A stretch of DNA of 64,000 nt from Eledone cirrhosa. Its lineage: Eukaryota. Shown in pieces: positions 1 through 16,092 of this stretch (within the stretch, counting starts at the first letter, position 1; each line of letters starts with the position of its first letter). The DNA lies in assembly GCA_964016885.1 (NCBI GenBank), contig OZ024745.1, positions 53,692,001 through 53,756,000 on the forward strand, read 5' to 3'. The notes beneath the pieces are model-generated. The model was not told where the DNA came from and did no database searches. It worked only from the letters and a program-made list of their open reading frames with translations. The position numbers and the translations under genes were made by a program.

Positions 1-190
1 GAGTTTGGTGCTCATTGACATAGAGAGGGGTATTGGAAGAGAGTTCCGTGTAGTAGATATAGAGAGGGGGAGAGTTTGGTGCTAATTGATATAGAGAGGG
101 GCATTGGTAGAGTGTGTTGTATGGTTAATGAAGAGAGGGTGTGAGTTTGGTGGTAATGAATAGAGTAAGAGGATTGATAGAGATAGGTGT
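1..190. repeat. Degenerate ~71-bp purine-rich tandem repeat
   Basis: gagtttggtg recurs at 1, 72 and 143. Confidence 0.7.
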
Positions 191-222
191 TAATATATTT
201 ATACATATACATATATGTAGAA

Positions 223-253
<31 letters not shown>

Positions 254-274
254 CGGCCGTCGGGGTCCTGACTC

Positions 275-795
<521 letters not shown>

Positions 796-1577
796 GTTTT
801 TGTTTGTTCATGTTCTGTAATTTAGCTGTTCGACAAAATGTGATTGATAAAATAATTACCAGACTAGAAAACAATTAAATACTGGTGTTGATGTAATCGT
901 CTAAATCGACGTGTTGCCGTGGCATGGCCGTAGTCTAATGACTGAAGCAAGTATAAGAAAAATTATATTGTTTCTTTCTGTTGGTCAAATGGATTACCTA
1001 TCATAGCACGAATTTTATTTGTGTAACCTTTAGTATATCTTTTATAACGTTGTTTTGATTGTTATTGTGCTGCTGAGTATAACCGTCTTAAAAATTGAAA
1101 GTTGTTTTAAATAGTTGTTTCTACTTTAGGCACAAGGCCAGCAATTACCCAGTACATTGAAAGTTGTTTTAAATAATGTAATCCTGGATATACTAAATTT
1201 GTTATAATAAATAGGATGGAACGTCTTGAGCTATAAATCGTTTTAATCAGATTTCACCTGAGGATAAACAATAACAGCAACAACAATATGTGGTTTATGC
1301 ATCCATCCATGTAGTTACGAAATCGGAAGAAATATTTGACACTGTATTAACCAAAAATTTAACTAATGAAAATTAATATAAACGTTATTTCTCCAAAATA
1401 ATGTTTGAAAATAGTTTCTACTATTAACTATTATAGCCATTAATACCTGGAAAAAACAGTGTTGCTATGCAACTAGAAGTATAAAATTATTTCTCCTGCA
1501 TTTCTATTGAATGTATTTCTCAGTCGTATTTATATTGCAATTCGTTTCTATCAAATAAATGATTATATGTTGCTGCT

Positions 1578-1624
<47 letters not shown>

Positions 1625-1633
1625 GCGTGTGCG

Positions 1634-1731
<98 letters not shown>

Positions 1732-1799
1732 ACCGTCATTCATATAGTATGTGGGAGTATTTAGTAACAAAATAGCTTTGCTAAAAGGCAATTTTTGAA

Positions 1800-2380
1800 A
1801 GGAGCTATACTGCTAGCGAACAGGTCACAGGGGGGCGAATAGCGATACGGTCACCAGATACGATGGTTAGGTGCGATATAAACGCGCAGCTGCCCGGACC
1901 ATCAGCGGTAGACTACTAAGGGAAATGAAGTAATGGGTGACACCTGTAGCTGCCAAGAAAACTCTCACAACCCAGTGATGTAGCTATGTCGAGACGAGTA
2001 ATGGCTGCCTCAAAAAAGCTTAGTCTTCACGGTTTTGAGAAAGTACCAGATTTGTGACTGGCGTGAATAAGACCGCCAAAATTTCAATATGGTGAGAGGT
2101 ACGAAAAATAACCGTACCGCATCGTCCTTCACACGGTTTAACAAAGGACGCGTTCAGGCCTTATGTAGTTCTGCAAAAACTGAGACACTCGTCCTCTCGA
2201 GGAAGCCTGTGCAGTAGAGTCTTCATGGGAATGGAGTTCTACTGAAGCAGGTGGAGTAGTTCAAGTATCTCAAGGCCGTGTTCAAGAGTAATGGAAGACA
2301 GGTAGAGCCGAAATTTCCCCGAATTGAGAGATCACAGCTTCGATACTATGAGCATGTAGTTAGAATGTCTGAAGAAGAAG
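1800..2380 (+). mobile_element. Deleted RTE LINE relic
   Basis: LKQVE*FKYL..VFKSNGR and RIERSQLRYYEHVVRMSEE fragments near 2240-2380; the left boundary is approximate. Confidence 0.6.
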
Positions 2381-2384
2381 GTTA

Positions 2385-2660
2385 ACTGCAACAACAACAT
2401 GCAATCACAATACCACTAACTGCAACAACAACATGCAATAAAACACCAGTAATTGCAGCATGCAACCACAATACCACTAACTGGAACAACACCACTAACT
2501 GCAACGAAAACACCAATAATTGCAGCATGCAACCACAATACCACTAACTGGAACAACACCACTAACTGCAACAACAACATGTATCTACAATATTACTAAC
2601 TACAACAACAACAACCTATAACAACAACAGGCAACCAAAACACCTACGCTACTAACTAAA
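2385..2660. repeat. (CAA)-rich tandem repeat
   Basis: Repeated caataccactaactgcaacaacaac-type units. Confidence 0.8.
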
Positions 2661-2883
2661 AAAACACTCATTCTTATTCTAAAGTTGGAAAAGAGCAAAG
2701 GAAGTGAAGTTTGTCAAACAAATCTGATATTAAATCAGATGAATACCGAAAGTAAGTAGAGTAATGTTGTTTTGTCTTCGCGTATATTTTCTAGTCTTTG
2801 CATTTTCATGTTGTTTTTACTGAGCTATTGCGTAATGAGGTAAGTATACTTTCTTAATGTTCTTATATATATGTGTGTATGTT

Positions 2884-2914
<31 letters not shown>

Positions 2915-3120
2915 TTGTGTTTGTGTGTGTTTGTGTGTGTGTGTTTGTGTGTGTGTGTTTGTGTGTGTGTGTATGTACGCACACACTCACTGACACCCTC
3001 ACTGACTCACATACACTAAAAAAGACATATTCAAACATAAATATATCTAAGTTGCAAATGTCTGTGTGTGTATATATGTACTTGAACGCATATGTACATG
3101 CGCATGGATTGCTCTCTCTC

Positions 3121-3156
<36 letters not shown>

Positions 3157-3217
3157 CACGCCTACATACACGAACACACACACACACACATATATATATA
3201 CATATATATACATACAT

Positions 3218-3261
<44 letters not shown>

Positions 3262-3781
3262 TCGTGAGTGTATGTATATGTTTACATACATACCTGCATA
3301 TGTCCCTATATGTTTGTGTGCATGTGTGTGTTTATGTGTACGATTGTGTGTGGAGCACGCGTAAGTATGTGTGCATGTATAAATATATAGATATATACAA
3401 GATATAAACAATTTAATTACTCTTTCGGAAGACCATTATTTCTAGTCTACATGCATGTTTAAACTTGAATGAAAATGTAATAGTTCTATCCCTTCTTTGA
3501 TTTTGTTTACAAATTCATATAAATCGAACAAAGAAACCTTTACACAATAAAATCGAAGATGACGAAGACAAGAGCGATGAATGCGATTATGTGCTTTGCA
3601 ATAAAAATCAAATAAAATACAATAGAATTTAGGATAGAACACCTCCTTCACTGTGTGTTTAAATAGAATTGGGAAAATACAAACAAAATTTTGTCTGTAT
3701 ATTTAGATAAGTATATAAGTAGATAAACATAAGTAAAAAATAGACAGAGAAAGAGAGTGGGTGAGAGTGATTGTTAAGTAA

Positions 3782-4150
<369 letters not shown>

Positions 4151-4690
4151 GGGTGGGTGGGTATAGGTTGGTAGATAAATAGATATGTACATAGATAGAT
4201 GGATAGTACAGAAAAAATAACAGAAATGCATTTAAATGTTTAGAGCAATTGATTGAAATATAAACCGATTGAGGGCAAGTTTATTAAGTACACTTCTGTT
4301 TTGGAGTAGAATTGTTGGAGAACCAGAAATAAAGAGTAGAGGGAAACGATGGAGGAGAGGCTGCGTGCTAATAAGTATATATAAATACATCAAGGAAGCA
4401 TTTTGCATATTAAACATACATACGAGAGGTCCTCGCATATGTAATATAGTCAACTATAACTCTGAGCTTCTCCACGCTGCCAATATGCAAAACCTCCCTC
4501 GTGTGTTGTTTAAAATCTAAATTATGCAAGCGAGATAACTCCAGTAATATCACCCAAACGAAATCTCTAAACGATATATGATGACTCTTCTCTTTAAAAC
4601 CGTTTAGAAAAAGCAGCGTGCATGTTTCGGTCTTATTAAAAATCCTCTATGAAAGATATTCTACTCAATTGGCAAGACTAACAGTGGTCA

Positions 4691-4941
<251 letters not shown>

Positions 4942-7900
4942 CGAGGTGTGACACACGACTTGTGATATATTAGTAAAAAGGAAAAGAAAATGGTGACAAA
5001 TTTTTCCCAGTGAAAAATAGTTTAATTAGGAATAAGTATAAATTAGTAATAAGTATTAGTTAGTATTCAGTTTTAGTTTTAAGTTTTTACCGGTTGCGCA
5101 TTTCAAAAATAATTTTGAGATAGAGTGCTCGTGATTTTTGCTCTAATCTCTCTCTATATATACAGAGGCTGTATAGTGACATCGATTATGATTATCAACA
5201 ATATGATTGAAGGAAAATAATTAAGGTAAGTCTGTTGCATACTAAATTAACATAGAATAGTCTCACTTATGTAGTATAGTAAGACAAACTTCGATTATGG
5301 ATGCAATTATTTAGTAGACAAATTCTCCGTATGAAACTATTTAAAATCTATAAACAACAAACAGGGAAGATATTCAAAGATATAGCGGCATTTTTATAAA
5401 ATGAAGCTCCAAATGGGAGAGTTTCTTTTCCGTCAAGCCAACTGGTGAAAGCAAATCACAAATAGGAATTTCAACTCACTGTATTACATATGTAAGACTC
5501 TATCATATTTTTAATTAATATGGAGATTACTCTCTCTAAAGTACTTTCTAAGTACAGCCACATTGCTGATGTTCATCATCACTACATTCCCTCTATTGCT
5601 ATATAGGTTTATATAGCAATATAAAGAGATCTAACAAGAGGTCTAACAAGATCGAAACCTGTCCGGAGCTTTCACCGGTCGGTTTTAAAAGCAAGACAAG
5701 CCCACAACTGCACTGTTCTTATGGTAATTATTCTTACTGGAGTTATCTTCTTTGCTTTTTTTTTTGTTTTTTGATTTTAAACACCACAAGATAATTTGTG
5801 TCTACTTAATTCATGGATAATCTCAGTTAATTAGAAGTTTTCAACTCATTATATTGCATATGTCGGACTCTGCTGTATGCCTATTAAGTGCTTTGGTGTG
5901 GTGTGAGTTTGCAATCAGATAACGAGCCAATTCATGAATTCTTCTAATTTAAGATTGAATGTGAGAACTCTTCGTGAGCTGAATGACGTAATTGACTCTT
6001 TGAAACGTGGCTGTCAAAAGAATATCGAGTAATTGATTTCAAACCCACAGATAGCATTTCGATATATGTTTAGCGTGTACGAGTTCATTCTGCACACCTA
6101 GTTTCAAAAAGCTATGAAGCAGCGCAAATTAGGAAGCCTATACGCAATCACTCAGTTTGCTAGAAATAGTGACAAAAGATACCTCAGATCACATAACTCT
6201 GATTTAAAAAGGGTAGACATATTGCATGATGTAGATATAAATAAAATATATCTGAGAAAAATAACGAATTGATCAGAGCTGGAACACACTTCATAATAAG
6301 TCTGCACGATAATGGATGACCAAAGGTTAAAGAACAACAATAAATAGTTGAAGGGAACTTTTAAGATGGTGGTCGACCTACTAGAAATAACACTCATTTC
6401 TTTTATAAAGCACAACTTACCGTCTTAAAAGCGGGCGAATACATTGGATAATATAGTCCTTAGATACACAATACCTGGAATAAAACGGGATGGTGAAGGC
6501 TAGAAGATATTTGATCTTAGGTCTGATCAATCGGTATAGACATAGGGTTCAGCAACAAGCTGATAAAAACAGTCATTCGAATATTTAGGTATGCAGCGAA
6601 GTATAGAAAGAGGACTTCCCACTGGAATATTTTCAAGTAATTCTTTGAAACAGGAACTCTGATGCTGGCCCTCTACTGTTGCTTGGAGCAACTAGTAATA
6701 TTTTCTACTTATATTTACTCGCTGCTACGGGACAGTAAAGCTGTATGAAATTATCACTTCTTTCTAAGGGGGGTGTTTAGAATCGAGACCTGGAAGCATA
6801 TATTTTCGTACAAGAGATATTTCCATCACCCAAATTGAGAATTTTGTGCAGTTTCTGGCTTTCATCTTTTAACAATTCCCAGATACTGGGCCATTGAGAA
6901 GAGCTACATGTAGTAGAGAAATCTCCCTGAGATTAACACGCCACCGTCATTGAAAGAAATGAAGTGGAGAAATTTGAATAATGGAATCCTAGATATACAA
7001 TGCTCGTGGTTGGAAAACTATTTATCAAAGGTCTGATCACTAAAGGCAAACTTGGGGATAGACAGCAACTACTTCATAATTAATTCTTCATATCTCCATG
7101 TGGTTTAAATGACACTTGTAGTATAACTATGAATATAAATATCCACCTTCTGATTAATTTGTTAACTTTTCGTATAGATTCTGAAATAGGTTTATTTAAA
7201 GGTATATTTTATATTTTTAAATTATGCAGAAAACTGTGTAGTGAATTATGATGTAATTATTTGAGTTAGATTATGATGTAGTTATCTAATCACAAGCCAG
7301 CGATGGTGGAACCCATCCCTCTCCAGGTCTGAACTCAGATGATTTCTTCTAGTGACAAAGAGTAAAGAAGAGAAATTGGCACCAGTGATCTCGAATAAAC
7401 GAAAAGCAAAGTTCAGTTTAGGAAGATTTGATCTCGAAACACAGAGAGCAGGAATGAATTCTGTAAAAATGTTATTGCACATCCTATTGACCCTGTCATA
7501 TCTTCACTTTATATTTGATAAATTAGGGGATAGACACGACTGGAATATTTTTTATCACAAGTCTGCTTGGTCAGTCTTAAACTGGAATTAAACAGCAAGA
7601 AACTATGTTCCGGGAAGCTGACCACTTACCATGAAGCAATGACTTAGAATATATTTTCTATTATAAACAAGATAAACGAGAAAAATATTTTTGCGGCATT
7701 CTTTCAGTGACACTAGTGGAATGTCCAAACTCTAAAAGTACTATTTACTCCAACCAGAACGTAATTATAAGGCTAGCTCTGTAACCAACATGTAATTTAC
7801 GCTGAGTTACTTATCCAATAATTCAAACCAGAAAAATATGAGAAACATTTATTCTTTCGAAGTATATTGATTTATAGTTTGTTTCCATCTTATTGTATTT

Positions 7901-10486
7901 ATTGGGAATCTATTAGGAATCTAGCTATGAGAAATTTAGCCAAGTAACTCATGGAAAGACAAGGTAGAGTGCGAATTCAACGTACTGAACAAGTGCACAA
8001 CCACCGACTGTAAATTTATATTCATATATAGATCATAAATTGATCTTTTTCCTAAGTGCAAAGCCAAAAATCTAATATGATATGGGAAATAAGATTATGG
8101 GATTTCATGTCATTGTCTGGGCTTATCTGAAGTGTATCTGATTCCAATGTAGTCGATAGCAGAATCATTAGAGCATCAGAGAAAAAGCCGTGTGGCATTT
8201 GTTCCCGCCCTTTACATTTTGGGTTCAAATCCTATCAGGGGTAAATATGTCTCTCATATTTCCGAAGTCATTAAAAAAGAGTACTAGTACCAATCGAGTA
8301 CTAGGTCAATTCAATCAGCTATAAATCAATAATTGAAGTCCCTAAAGCTCTCCGACGTTGGTTTCAACTTCGTTCTGGCAACTACTGCGACGACATTGGT
8401 TGCGGGTGTTCGTGCCCTTTTCTTGGACAACATCAGTGGCACAAAGAGGAGACTTCTTTACGGGCTTCCATACAACGGGGGTGCGGTCACCAAACTACGT
8501 ACTAATAGCACAAGCGGAAGCAAGACTTTCTTCGTGTATCACAAGACATGCGGATGTCAAAATAAAAAGGTAAATTCGACTGTAAAACAAACCAGCCACA
8601 CTAATTCTGAAATGGTTTAAACTTTATTTATTTTAATAACTAGACCATGCGTCACTCCTTACTGATAAGAAATATATACAGTTCTAATGAACAATGAAAT
8701 AGAAAGCACCAATAGAAACCATTAGCTTGTCTAACAAATGTCCATATTTACTGTTATAAAGTAAAACTTTAAATTAAAAAGAGGACGTCTACGAGATGGC
8801 TCGACCTGCTAAAACAACAGTAAAAATCAAAACATTCAATGAATAAATCATCGATTAATAAAATGGGATCAAAACTGACAGGGTTAAACAAGTAACTGTA
8901 GAAAATATAGTAGGTTGCACAGAAACTACGTAAATATATATGCATTTAGCCTGTGTATCTGTATGTGCGTGTGTGTGCGTGGGTGTGGGTGTGAGGGTGT
9001 GTGTGGGGGGGGGGGGGGGGGGGGGCGTGTGTGTGTGTGTCTTTATTTTCTACGATCTATCAGTTGCGTTAATCTTGTCCGGTATAGGAGGCTACGGTAA
9101 TTCATGAAATTGCACGCGTTCTTACAAAGTTTGTGATACAAGTTCTAATATCACACCGTATATAAAAGCAAAGTCTATATAAGTGTGTTTGCAAATTCAG
9201 TTGATAAACATACATGTTCTCGAAAACGCGTTACACGTAATGTTCAGGAATTATATCTTTGAATGTCACACAGATTAGAGTGGACAATGTCGCAGTGTTG
9301 AGAAAACAATCTAATATAAACATAAATGTAATGCTGTGAAATGTTATTCTTTCAACTAATATTTAGGCAAAGTGAGAAAAGAGTTCTATACGAAAGTTTC
9401 AACTAACTTAATTTCTAGGACATTGATAATCTTGAAAAATATGTAGCTTCTCATAACTGAAGCTGTAAATAAATTTACACAAATAAAGGGTAACTATAAC
9501 TATTTTTTTCATAATATAAAAAAGCAGACACAATTACTGTGGCCCTATCAACGAAACACATGTGATGACTTCAATTGTAAAGCAGCTATCTCCATAGTTA
9601 TTTGACACAATAGACTCAGGCAAGATGTATAATGTAGAATCTTTAAACTGGTAATAGACCCTATGTGAATGTAAAGTGTATGCCCCATTTCAACCATCTT
9701 TTTAAGTAGTTTAGTAATCGGTGCTAAATATATATTATTTTGTTGTGAGTTATTGCAGTATCCATCGCGTACTTATAAGTCATAGAACAGAATATAAGAA
9801 TTAAAATTTGATGCAAGTAGTCCATCCTCAAAATTGAAGACACATAGTTTGGCTTGGTCGTAGAATATGTAATTTGTGATAACTGTTGAAGCTATGTCGA
9901 TTTGTGTTTGGAGATCCGAAGCTGCATATGGTTCGTGGCTAGTAAAATCAACACAGATCCCCACCACAGGTCCCTTTGGATTTTATTTTTTTAAATACTA
10001 TATATATATATATATTCGGGGTCGATTCGATCGACTATTCATCTTCACATATAAATATGTGACCTTCTGCTGAAGTTATATAAATAAAAATAAAAAATCA
10101 ATGTAGGGAAAATCATTAATACGCAGGGATCGATAAAATAAATGCTAGCAATATTACTATACTGGAGTCGATTGAATCGAATGTATATATGTATAAATTT
10201 TCTCCTACTACAAAGAATTGGCCTTGTGCCTGAAAATATAAAATCGATATACTGAAATGCATGTCAGTATGGCGTCTATCTGCTTATCTGGCGAGCAACA
10301 AAATATAAAATATATTTTTAAAACAAGAAATAACTCGTCTCAGTTCTTGTCGGAGAGGTTTGTGAAAATAACTCTCTCACACACACACGATCAGGCGGGT
10401 GGGCGTACATAAAGGAAACATTACTCAGGAAAGCTTCTATTTACTCTTATTTCTGTGAATATATATGTATGTACATGTATGTACAC

Positions 10487-10633
<147 letters not shown>

Positions 10634-10739
10634 ACTATCCGTTGGTGTGAAAAAAGAAAACAGGGTGCGCAATCAGGGATGAGTACTGATAAATTGATGT
10701 ATGAGATTGAAAATCACTGCTGCAAAGTATATACCCGAC

Positions 10740-11545
10740 GTAAATCCAAGCTGCTCTTGTAGGATTAAAGAGAACACTCCAACATAATATTACAGAAAAT
10801 TCTGAAGTTCGCGAAAGATATGTCGGTATTGTAAGATCATTTTAAACAGCGTTTTTACTCGCATCTCCACTCCTTCAGAAATCTTGATATGAGAACCAGC
10901 ACGATCCTGGTGGAAAAAGTTTGGTAATTAAAGGATGTGCCACATTATATTACTTGGAAATTACTTGAGATATCCAGACCTTACACCAATGGTACTAAGA
11001 GATGACCTCCCTGCCTTAGTGAGAAATTTAGATTGTCGTCTCTAAACAATAATTATTTGAACTCAAAAGAAAGAAATTTTTAGAGGGCACCTCCATCTTA
11101 AGAGCCACCTCCTTACTAAGTGGAAATACTCAACAAATTCAACTAAATTTCCACCATCTTAATTTGATTTATATAATTTCTTAATAACTTTTCTTATTCT
11201 TTTTCTTTTTATATACTTACATAATAAAGTTCACCTATACTGCTCTACTTCATACCTTAATAAATATTACCATCTCTATTCTACATACCATCACATAATA
11301 CCATACATCTACTATAGTGCACGACTGCTACATGTGTACAACTCCTTTTCTATTTAAAATTTATATCTTTAAATTATTTCCCTTCGTTATAATACGTTTT
11401 TCGTAAACTAGCGTTTAGCACGCTGTACTTTTAATGGTATCTTCAAACTCGTCTAAGCGCCTGAAGATTAGGTCACAATTTTGTTTCCTCTCACAATCTG
11501 GAGATATGGTCATTATTGAACCTTGAAACCTTAGATAGTGCTTTT
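10740..11545 (+). mobile_element. Old Hydra-type PLE 3' fragment (GIY-YIG remnant and pseudo-LTR with decayed hammerhead)
   Basis: Fragments CSCRIKE, RYVGI, KQRFYSHLHSFRN, WKLLEISRPYTNGTKR, CLSEKF. Hammerhead-like motif at 11455-11543. Confidence 0.7.
11455..11543 (+). ncRNA. Decayed hammerhead motif
   Basis: AAGCGC-CTGAAGA...GAAA-ccttaga-TA-GTGCTT; 6-bp stem I; stem III damaged. Confidence 0.55.
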
Positions 11546-11760
11546 GTTCCCTGACTAAATATTAACTTTGCCTTTCATCCTTACGGGGTGGATAAAATAA
11601 AGTACCAGTAATGCACTGATTAATTTGCTGGCCTTGTGCCAAAAGTAGAAACAATTATATTATATAATATAATATATAATGCAGGGGTAAGATATTGTCT
11701 GGAAAAATGATTCCACATTATGCGTGTTTTATGAGTCGTATATTGTGTTTAGTGAGAAGA

Positions 11761-11839
11761 ACTCTACTGATGCTTGAGTGATTCATCTTATGGTTTTGCC
11801 ATTAGATTTTTTCACCCATGAAACAGTGCTGTATAGAAT
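11761..11839 (+). ncRNA. Decayed hammerhead motif
   Basis: actcta-CTGATGc-tTGAGTGGA...TTCACCCAt-GAAA-CAG-tg-CTG-TA-tagaat; A9 is mutated. Confidence 0.55.
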
Positions 11840-12012
11840 AATGAAATCTCGGGATTTTACCATTCTTAAGTAAGTTTTTTTACTTGCTATCCGATTTGAA
11901 AATAATAGAAATTTTAACATCTACGTAAGTTATTTAGCTTTCTATCTGATTTTTCTTTGGCAATGTTTCTATGCTGTACCGATTGTGTTGTTATTTCTGT
12001 TTACCTTTTACA

Positions 12013-12125
<113 letters not shown>

Positions 12126-12417
12126 GTATGTATATTGATAGTAAGAACCGATCTTATAACATCTTTTCTCTCAGACTTTCTTATTACATGGCGCCTGTAT
12201 AATGTGTACAAACACGCAGTGTGGATACATTTGTCTGGATAATATCTTACCCTTGATTTTCTATGTTACTGCTCCTAATGAAAATTATATTAAATTTATA
12301 TTGGTGGAGCTGACTTTAGCTTCTAATAGTCACTACCTTGATTAACCTATACTTTTGTCAGACAATGTGATTAATTACTTCCCGTATTAATCAATATTTT
12401 AATACATACATACGTAC

Positions 12418-12540
<123 letters not shown>

Positions 12541-12794
12541 GAGGGGGAGAGAGAGAGTGAGAGAGAGTGAGAGCTGGCTTTTGTCAAATATGTAGCATTT
12601 ATATAAACAGTTTGACTTATCGCCACATTACCAACCGAGTTCCGCCTGTTTATCACAGGGTCATCAGACAAGAACTAACGTTTCAATAGCAGACACAGTG
12701 TAAATAAAAGAAGACTAGAGATGGAGCAGTAGGATTTAATTGAGAAGGGGTAATTAAAATATACGGATATATATGTATATATAAAAGGATAAAG

Positions 12795-13083
12795 GGTAAA
12801 GACCCCCTAAGGTCGCGAGTGACCATGGGTTTGCACCTAGAGAGCTGCCATTCGAGTCACAAGTCTGGGCAAGATTGTTTGTGGAAGGCCAGCAGTCGCT
12901 CATGCACACTAATCTCCCCTCTCTACACCAACGATGTTGTCCAATAGAAACACTAAGGCCAATAGAGCTTGGCACTTGTTACGTTGCAATTCATTTCTAC
13001 AGCTGAGTAAACTAGAACAACGTGAAATAAAGTATCTTGCTCAAGAATACAACACACAGCCCGATCCGAGTATTGAACTCACA
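12795..13083 (-). mobile_element. tRNA-derived SINE, family of 52637-52930
   Basis: Reverse complement of the B box, core and 3' body. Confidence 0.75.
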
Positions 13084-13309
13084 GCATACACACACACACA
13101 CACACACAGATGTGTGTATTTATGTATATATATATATATATATGGGGGGGGGGTTCTGTGTGTGTGATGGAGGGGAGTGTTCTGTGTGTGTGTGTGTGTA
13201 CGTGTGTGTATATGTGTGTGTATGTATCTGAAGGTGTAGGATCGAGTCCCCCAGAAGCTAATGTACATTTTTTTTCGTTACGGGCGATTATATGCGATGA
13301 TGGTTCTAA

Positions 13310-14553
<1,244 letters not shown>

Positions 14554-14903
14554 GTAGCACCAACATAGACATATATCTATCTATATACATACATACACAC
14601 AGACATAGATGCCTGTCTACACACATACATACACATGTATATATATACATACATATACATATGGATGCCTACACACATACAATCAAATGATAATATTCCA
14701 ATTACGGACTCAATACATGGTGTCTCGTCGTTAGTAGTGGTGGTGGTTGGGTGTAGTGGTTGATGGCGGTGATGGAGTTGGCGTCTAGTAGTTAGTGGTG
14801 TTGATGGTGGTGATGGTGGTGATGGTTGACTGCAGTTGTTGATGATGGTGATGACCATAAACCACGGGCACCACTACCAATCATCACCATCATCGTCAAC
14901 TAC

Positions 14904-14954
<51 letters not shown>

Positions 14955-16092
14955 CATACATACATATATATATATATATTTATATATACATAAATGTATA
15001 TTTATGAGATCATATATATATATGATTTCCTAATTCTGCTCAAATTCATTGCATTGAATGCACATTCAGTTGACTGCTTGTTTTTACATGAAACACCTCC
15101 CTTAATATGTGTGTATGTGTGTTTGTGTGCGTGCGTGTGTTTGTGAGTGTGTGTGTGTGGATGGACATATTTACGAGACTAAGATTATGGGTATATGTAT
15201 GTGCTATTTTGTATGTGTGTGTATAAGAACGTATGGGTGTGTGAATATGGGAGTATCAATGTGCATAAGTTGTGTATGGCGATAGGTTCGTGTGATTTCC
15301 CGATATACGGCGTGTCTGTGATATACAGTTTATGAGAATGAGGTAGGCTAAGCTACGACTTTGGTTTTAAGTGCTGTTGTTGATGTTGTCTGATAGCTTT
15401 TGTCAGGACTACCAGGTGTAAAACACATCGAGCGTAACAGACAATATTGTATTTCTATATTTACACGAAAATGTATATGGGGCTTTGAGAGATTTTGCAC
15501 AAGATTAGGTGCGGGTTTGATTGACTGTTTACAGGATTATATGTTTGGCTGGTTCTATGTGTATTTAATGTGTTGTATACCAATAGATAGATTTACTAAA
15601 CTACAGTAAATAAGTCTATGTGTGTTTGTTCTAGTTACAATACATTTATTAGCTGTTCTGAAAGAATTATATGTGGCAGGAGGGACGTGTCGTAAAATTA
15701 TATATATACACGCGCACACACACAGACACACACACATATATATATATATATATGCGTGTGTGTGTGTGTGTGTGTATGTGTGCGCGTGTGTATGTATGTG
15801 GAGGGGCATGTATGGGGTGGGGAGGCATGTATGTGTGCGTGTGTGTGTTCAATATACACAAGAGCAATCAAATCAATGTGAAAGTTGACTATTTATATTA
15901 ACAATTTGACTTAACTCTACACTATCAGCAATTTCAAGAGGATTACATGTCAAAACCATAAAGTGCATAAACATATCGCCGAGGTTAACTTTGCCTTTCA
16001 TTCTTACGGGGTCGATAAAATAAAGCACCAGTAATGCACTGGGGAAATTGTTAGCCTTGTGCCAAAAGTAAAAACAATTATATTAAATTATA

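Noticed and set aside
1250-1335. CTGAGGA ... GAAATCGG hammerhead-like remnant
   Set aside because: The cleavage triplet and stems cannot be paired convincingly; at best a heavily decayed copy.
5630-5690. GAAACCTGTC / ACCGGTC hammerhead-like remnant
   Set aside because: No CUGANGA box.
9773-9967. 64-aa minus-strand ORF in unique sequence
   Set aside because: No good acceptor or donor and no recognisable domain.
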